This document shows positions 59,016 to 64,000 of a stretch of DNA of 64,000 nucleotides, in pieces. The number at the start of each line of letters is the position of its first letter. The stretch's first letter is position 1. The notes under the pieces are model-generated. The model was not told the DNA's origin and made no database searches. It saw only the letters and a program-made list of their open reading frames with translations. This stretch comes from Candidatus Bathyarchaeia archaeon (GTDB lineage: Archaea > Thermoproteota > Bathyarchaeia > Bathyarchaeales > Bathycorpusculaceae). Location of the stretch: contig JAVZNE010000001.1 of assembly GCA_038882975.1 (NCBI GenBank), positions 160,001-224,000 of the forward strand, read 5' to 3'. Made by a program: the position numbers and the translations under genes.

Positions 59016-59495
59016 CTATCCGCCTGGTGCCCCATGGAATGGCACGTTTTTCCAGAGGATGTCCCACCAATCTTCTTCTGTTATTGTCTCGCCCTTCACG
59101 ATGATTTCTAAAACTTCTTTTAGGAGTTCATGATGCCTTTTTTCGTCGGCTAGTATGGCTGTTAGGAGGAGCTTAACCTTCTCATTTTCAACTGTTGGCA
59201 GCATGTCGTTTATCTTCTTTATGAGTTCAGCTTCGATTTGGATATGCCTCTCCACAAGGCTTCTTTGTTTGTCCAGGTGTTCCTGCGCAAGTGCCTGCTG
59301 GGTTGTGGTTAGAAGCTTCAAAGCTGCGTCGTACATCTCAGCATGTTTTAGGGAATCCAGCGAAATTCCTCTCAAAACGCCTTTAACGGAGGGATTCCTG
59401 ATGTTTTTAAGAGCTTCGTTAAGCGAATCGACAATTTCATTTTCAACTTCGATTTGTCGCTTTATGAAGGTTAAAAGCTCATTTTTTGAGGGCAT
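59016..59495 (-). CDS. Ferritin/rubrerythrin-like di-iron protein
   Basis: QI..E, DS.KH, HI..E, DEKRHH. Confidence 0.75.
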   Translation of the reverse strand: MPSKNELLTFIKRQIEVENEIVDSLNEALKNIRNPSVKGVLRGISLDSLKHAEMYDAALKLLTTTQQALAQEHLDKQRSLVERHIQIEAELIKKINDMLPTVENEKVKLLLTAILADEKRHHELLKEVLEIIVKGETITEEDWWDILWKNVPFHGAPGG

Positions 59496-59545
59496 TTCAG
59501 TTTCCCACTTATATTTGAACTGGATGGACTATTTTAATGTCTATG

Positions 59546-59986
59546 TTAAGCCTTGACAAGCCTCTGAGCAATTCTCCGCCCAAGTTCTCTGCACTTTTCC
59601 AAACCCGCTGCGTCCGGCGTGTACCTTATTAGCAATGGCGGTTCAGTCACGTCCATCTCAAACTTGTTCTTCAAAATTTCAATGACAAGCTTTGGGGCTT
59701 CACCGCTCCAGCCATAAGACCCGAAGGCAGCACCAACCTTTCCCTTCAAGTTTATGCCTTTTACGGCGGCTTCCTCAAAGAGCATCTTGATGTCGAGGGT
59801 TGTGTCATGGTGATATGTAGGAGCGCCAACAATTATAGCATCATACTCTTTTAATTGTTCTGGCGTTGCATGATAGGTTAACTCAACATCTATGCCTTGC
59901 ACTGTTTTTGCTCCCTCAGCCACAGCCTTAGCCATTTTCTCAGTGTTTCCAGTCCTACTATAATAGAGGATTAGGATTTTCGGCAT
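59546..59986 (-). CDS. Flavodoxin
   Basis: YYSRTGNTEKMA, GAPTY, AFGSYGWSGEA. Confidence 0.9.
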   Translation of the reverse strand: MPKILILYYSRTGNTEKMAKAVAEGAKTVQGIDVELTYHATPEQLKEYDAIIVGAPTYHHDTTLDIKMLFEEAAVKGINLKGKVGAAFGSYGWSGEAPKLVIEILKNKFEMDVTEPPLLIRYTPDAAGLEKCRELGRRIAQRLVKA

Positions 59987-60004
59987 ATTACATCCACTAC
60001 AAGC

Positions 60005-60619
60005 TTATTTTAGTGCCTCTTCCAGTCGCCTATTAACTTCGTCCCAGTTGACAATTTTCCAGAAAGCCTCAATGAATTTGCCTCTGTCGTTCTTGTAGTC
60101 TATGTAGTAGGCGTGCTCGAAAACGTCGAGAACCATGAGGATACGGAACATTGGATAAACGTTCACGTTATGCTTCTCCACTTGCATCAGCATTAGGCGA
60201 CCAGTCTGCCTACAAAGGGTTAAGGCTGCCCATCCAGAGCCTTCAACGCTTATGGCTGTTTGGGAAAACTCCTTCTGGAAACGCTCAAAGCTTCCAAATT
60301 CTTCGGAGATTTTGTCGGCTAATTTTCCGCCGGGTTTTCCGCCGCCCTTGTCTGGCGGTGCCATGTTACCCCAAAAAAGCGAATGCAACAAGTGCCCGGC
60401 AACATTCCATGAAAGCTCTTTAAGTGTGGCTTTAACGTCTATGTCTATGTTCTCTTTTCGCGCCTTATCCAGCCGTTGGAGTATGGCGTTAGCCCCATTA
60501 ACGTAGGCTTGGTGGTGCTTGCTGTGGTGGATTCTTAACTGTTCTTCGGACATGTAGGGCTGCAAATCTCCATAACCATAAGGCAGCTGGGGCAAAGCAT
60601 ACAGTTTAGCTTGCTCCAT
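60005..60619 (-). CDS. sod: Fe/Mn superoxide dismutase
   Basis: [26 protein letters not shown]. Confidence 0.95.
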   Translation of the reverse strand: MEQAKLYALPQLPYGYGDLQPYMSEEQLRIHHSKHHQAYVNGANAILQRLDKARKENIDIDVKATLKELSWNVAGHLLHSLFWGNMAPPDKGGGKPGGKLADKISEEFGSFERFQKEFSQTAISVEGSGWAALTLCRQTGRLMLMQVEKHNVNVYPMFRILMVLDVFEHAYYIDYKNDRGKFIEAFWKIVNWDEVNRRLEEALK

Positions 60620-60638
60620 AACGCGTACACCTCCATTT

Positions 60639-60800
60639 CTAACTTTTCTTTACAAACTGGTCCTTTGGAGCGCCGCAAACTGGGCAAACCCAGTTTTCTG
60701 GTAAAGCCTCAAAGGGTGTTCCGGGTTTTATGCCGTGCTCTGGGTCTCCGACCTCGGGGTCATATACATACCCACAGATTATGCACTCCCACTTTTCCAA
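60639..60800 (-). CDS. Rubredoxin
   Basis: Manual translation (TTG)[48 protein letters not shown]; not in the ORF track. Confidence 0.95.
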   Translation of the reverse strand: MEKWECIICGYVYDPEVGDPEHGIKPGTPFEALPENWVCPVCGAPKDQFVKKS

Positions 60801-60816
60801 AGCCTTCAACTCCCAG

Positions 60817-61233
60817 CTATTTTTCTGTCTTAATGTTGTAGCTTACTTTGACTCCGGCTTTTTCGAAAAGCTTCCCGACCGGGCAGTTTTCCACTGTCAG
60901 CTTGAAAATCCTCTGGACCGTGTCTTCCGGGGCGTCGGTTTTGACGGTTATGTTGAAGGCTGCTTCTGTTACTGTTCCAGCCTCTTCGGATTTTATGGCT
61001 TCAAGCTTAACCTCCAAGTCTTTGAGTTGAACCCTCATTTTCTTAGCCATTAAAGCGAAGATTGTGGCGAAGCATCCGGCATAGCTCATAACGCCTAGCT
61101 CGAGGGCTGTTGGTCCCATGTCTGTTCCAAGTTCTGGCGGTAGGTCTAGGCATACGCTGTGGGCTCTTCCATTGTCAACGGCTATTCGCAGGTCCTTTAC
61201 AAGTTTGGCTGTTGAGCGAAGCTTTTGCACCAA
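60817..61233 (-). CDS. OsmC/Ohr family protein
   Basis: GP.ALEL....AGC and NCPV two-Cys motif. Confidence 0.85.
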   Translation of the reverse strand: MVQKLRSTAKLVKDLRIAVDNGRAHSVCLDLPPELGTDMGPTALELGVMSYAGCFATIFALMAKKMRVQLKDLEVKLEAIKSEEAGTVTEAAFNITVKTDAPEDTVQRIFKLTVENCPVGKLFEKAGVKVSYNIKTEK

Positions 61234-61266
61234 ACCATATTCACCTCACATGAAATAAAGAGGAGT

Positions 61267-61917
61267 TTATTGGAGCCTCTTCTTGCAGAGGAACCAGTCA
61301 ACGCACTCATAGCCCTCTTGCAAGCGTTTTTCAGCCTCTTCTTGCGTTGTAGGTGGCGGCACTATAACTGGGTCGCCTGGTCTCCAGTTTGCTGGTAAAG
61401 CCACCTTGTGCTTGTCGGCTGTTTGCAATGCATCAATTAGCCTCAAAATTTCGTCCATGTTTCTCCCGACGTTCAGTGGATAGTATATCATTGCCCTAAG
61501 CTTCATTTCCGGGTCTATTACAAAGACGCAGCGCACTGCTGCTGTTGTGCTTTGTTTGGGGTGTATCATGCCAAACAGGTTCGCTACTTTCATATCCAAG
61601 TCGGCGATAACAGGGAACGGTATGGTTACGCCGAGCTTCTCCTTTATTGTTCTAACCCATGCAATGTGGGAGTAGACGCTGTCGATGCTTAACCCTATGA
61701 GTTGGACATTGCGCTTAGCAAGTTCTGGATATATTTGGGCGAAGGCTACAAACTCTGTTGTGCAGACCGGCGTAAAATCTGCTGGATGCGAAAATAGGAT
61801 GACCCATTTTCCTTTAAAGTCTGAAAGCCTTATCTTGCCGTGTGTTGTCACGGCCTCAAAATCTGGGACTATTTCGCCGAGACTCAAGAGAGGCTTTTTC
61901 TCCTCAATTTTTTCCAT
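61267..61917 (-). CDS. Peroxiredoxin (Prx6/archaeal type)
   Basis: [18 protein letters not shown]-terminal C.DWFLC. Confidence 0.93.
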   Translation of the reverse strand: MEKIEEKKPLLSLGEIVPDFEAVTTHGKIRLSDFKGKWVILFSHPADFTPVCTTEFVAFAQIYPELAKRNVQLIGLSIDSVYSHIAWVRTIKEKLGVTIPFPVIADLDMKVANLFGMIHPKQSTTAAVRCVFVIDPEMKLRAMIYYPLNVGRNMDEILRLIDALQTADKHKVALPANWRPGDPVIVPPPTTQEEAEKRLQEGYECVDWFLCKKRLQ

Positions 61918-62022
61918 TTTATTTCATTCCTCCTCCGATTTTAAACCGTAATCCTTTTATCCTTCAAGACTTATATGCTTTTCGTACAAAATTCGGCAAA
62001 AATCGTAAAGAATGGTGCGAAA

Positions 62023-62469
62023 ATGGTAAAAAAGATTGCGGAAATAGACGAACTTGACCTAAAAATCCTAAAACTTCTAGAGGAAGACGGACGCCTAACT
62101 TTCATAGACATAGCCAAAAAATTAAGGCTGAGCGAATCAACAATAAGGAAAAGGGTTCAAGCTCTAAAAGAAAACGGCGTAATAAAAAGGTTCACGGTGG
62201 AAATAGACCCAGCTAAAATAGGCCTAAACACCGTTGCAATAGTTGGCATAGACGTGGATCCGCCTAAACTTTTGGAGGTAGCCCAAAAACTCTGCGAGTT
62301 TAAAGAAATCCGATGTGTAGCCACGTCCACGGGAGACCACATGATAATGACCGAAATATGGACGGAGGACGGACGCGAACTCACAAGACTTATTTCGGAA
62401 AAAATTGGGCCTATTGAAGGCGTCAAGAAAATTTGTCCGGCAATAATTCTAGAGAAACTGAAAGGCTGA
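62023..62469 (+). CDS. lrpA: LrpA-type Lrp/AsnC regulator
   Basis: C-terminus [36 protein letters not shown] matches Pyrococcus LrpA as I recall it. Confidence 0.8.
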   Translation: MVKKIAEIDELDLKILKLLEEDGRLTFIDIAKKLRLSESTIRKRVQALKENGVIKRFTVEIDPAKIGLNTVAIVGIDVDPPKLLEVAQKLCEFKEIRCVATSTGDHMIMTEIWTEDGRELTRLISEKIGPIEGVKKICPAIILEKLKG

Positions 62470-62491
62470 AATTGTCGGAGGATTATGGGGC

Positions 62492-64000
62492 TTGAGCACT
62501 CACAGCCATCACGCCCACCACGTTGGAGAGTTTAAGCGGCGATTTTTAGTTTCGCTAGCACTAACGGTGCCAATTCTGCTTCTTTCAGAAATGATTCAGA
62601 TGTGGCTCGGCCTAGAATGGATAAAAATCCCCTACCAGAAAGAGGTGTTGTCCCTCCTATCCATAATTGTCTACCTTTATGGCGGGTGGCCTTTCCTAAA
62701 AGGCTTGTATCAAGAGGTTAAGGGCAGACAGCCCGGCATGATGACGCTTATTGGCATGGCTGTTTCTGTGGCCATGTTTTACTCGCTTGGAACAGTCTAC
62801 TTCGCCATAAGCGGCAAAGATTTCTTCTGGGAACTCGCAACCCTAATCGATGTTATGCTTTTGGGGCATTGGATTGAGGCAAAAAGCGTTATGGGCGCTT
62901 CTATGGCTTTGGAGGAGCTTGTCCGAATAATGCCAACAACAGCCCACCTAATAAAAAACGGCGAAATCATAGACACCCCAGTCTCACAGCTGAAAAAGGG
63001 CGATGTTGTTCTTGTGAGACCCGGCGAGAAAATCCCGTCCGACGGCGTTGTTGTTGAAGGCGAATCATATGTTAATGAGGCCTTGTTAACCGGAGAGTCC
63101 AGGCCAATAGGCAAAAAGGTTGGCGAAAAAGTTGTTGGAGGCTCAATAAATGGCGAAGGCATACTAAAAGTTCGGATAGAACGTATCGGTGAAGAAACTT
63201 ACCTGGCACAAGTTATTAAACTGGTTAGGCAAGCCCAGGAAAGCCGCTCGCGAACGCAGGATTTGGCGAACAGAGCCGCCGCGCTCCTTTTCTATGTGGC
63301 GTTAAGCGTCGGCATAATAACCTTCGCAGCTTGGTCTTTTATGACTAGTTGGGATTTTGCCATCGAAAGAGCTGTAACAGTTCTCGTTATCGCTTGCCCC
63401 CATGCTTTAGGATTAGCCATACCATTGGTTGTTGCTCTTTCCACATCCATAACAGCAAAGAGCGGAATCCTCATAAGGGATAGGCGAGCCTTCGAAATGG
63501 TGAAAGACGTTAACGCCGTTGTTTTCGACAAGACTGGCACATTGACTGTTGGAAAATTCGGAGTCACCGACATTGTCCCCTTCATACCGGAAGAGGAGCT
63601 TTTGAGGCTTACGGCAGGTGTGGAGCTAAACTCTGAACATGTAATAGCAAAAGCCATAGTAGAATATGCCGAAAGCAAAGGCGTCAAAATTCCACAAGCA
63701 AAGGGTTTTAAGGCTTTGCCTGGTAGGGGCGCCTATGGAAAAGTTGGGAGAAGAGAAGTTTATGTTGGAAGCGTAAACCTCCTTGAAGAGTTGAAAATAG
63801 CCGTTAAAGATCCGAGAATAAGGAAACTGCAAGACCAAGGCAAAACGGTTGTTTTCACGGTTGTGGATGGAAAACTTGCTGGTGCATTCGCGTTGGCAGA
63901 CAGCATAAGGGAGGAATCCCGTGAAGCCGTCAGAAAATTGAAAGAAAACGGCGTCAAGGTTTACATGTTAACCGGAGATTCTGAAGAGGTTGCCCGATGG
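62492..64000 (+). CDS. copB: Copper-translocating P1B ATPase, CopB type (truncated by window end)
   Basis: Manual translation: TTG start, His-rich N-terminus (STHSHHAHH), GMMTL, TGES, CPHALGLA, DKTGTLT, SEH, MLTGD. Confidence 0.9.
   Translation, partial: MSTHSHHAHHVGEFKRRFLVSLALTVPILLLSEMIQMWLGLEWIKIPYQKEVLSLLSIIVYLYGGWPFLKGLYQEVKGRQPGMMTLIGMAVSVAMFYSLGTVYFAISGKDFFWELATLIDVMLLGHWIEAKSVMGASMALEELVRIMPTTAHLIKNGEIIDTPVSQLKKGDVVLVRPGEKIPSDGVVVEGESYVNEALLTGESRPIGKKVGEKVVGGSINGEGILKVRIERIGEETYLAQVIKLVRQAQESRSRTQDLANRAAALLFYVALSVGIITFAAWSFMTSWDFAIERAVTVLVIACPHALGLAIPLVVALSTSITAKSGILIRDRRAFEMVKDVNAVVFDKTGTLTVGKFGVTDIVPFIPEEELLRLTAGVELNSEHVIAKAIVEYAESKGVKIPQAKGFKALPGRGAYGKVGRREVYVGSVNLLEELKIAVKDPRIRKLQDQGKTVVFTVVDGKLAGAFALADSIREESREAVRKLKENGVKVYMLTGDSEEVARW

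Noticed and set aside
62492-62740. Possible broken 5' end of copB, since it is absent from the ORF track
   Set aside because: Manual translation is open from TTG 62492; it is missing only because the stop lies beyond the window.
830-63957. Many short antisense or alternate-frame ORFs in the track (e.g. 4488-4955, 10435-10818, 20939-21460, 40284-40814, 62797-63957)
   Set aside because: They overlap well-supported genes and have no motifs; the last group is the antisense shadow of copB.
1-64000. CRISPR array, cas genes, rRNA, transposases
   Set aside because: No regularly spaced repeat-spacer array and no recognisable motifs seen.

Overview
Archaeal chromosomal segment. The gene content fits TACK, most likely Bathyarchaeia (inference): split gins51 beside priS and gins23 beside mcm, aIF-2alpha/Nop10/PAC2, RFC S+L, TFB, RpoP and an intron-containing tRNA. 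Most of the window is housekeeping and surface-glycan genes, plus an AT-rich decayed island at tRNA-Leu and an oxidative-stress/iron/copper cluster. The most unusual part is a compact glutamate module at 13101-20895. It holds two glutamate dehydrogenases (one with a duplicated ~80-aa N-terminal domain), a stand-alone Fe-S/FMN glutamate-synthase-like protein, a KaiC-like protein lacking its catalytic motifs, and a 651-aa RHH-plus-V4R-like putative regulator. All three promoter-containing intergenic regions carry repeated TG(A/T)ACAT boxes, which suggests an undescribed archaeal nitrogen/glutamate regulon. All calls are from reading motifs by eye; no database searches were run.
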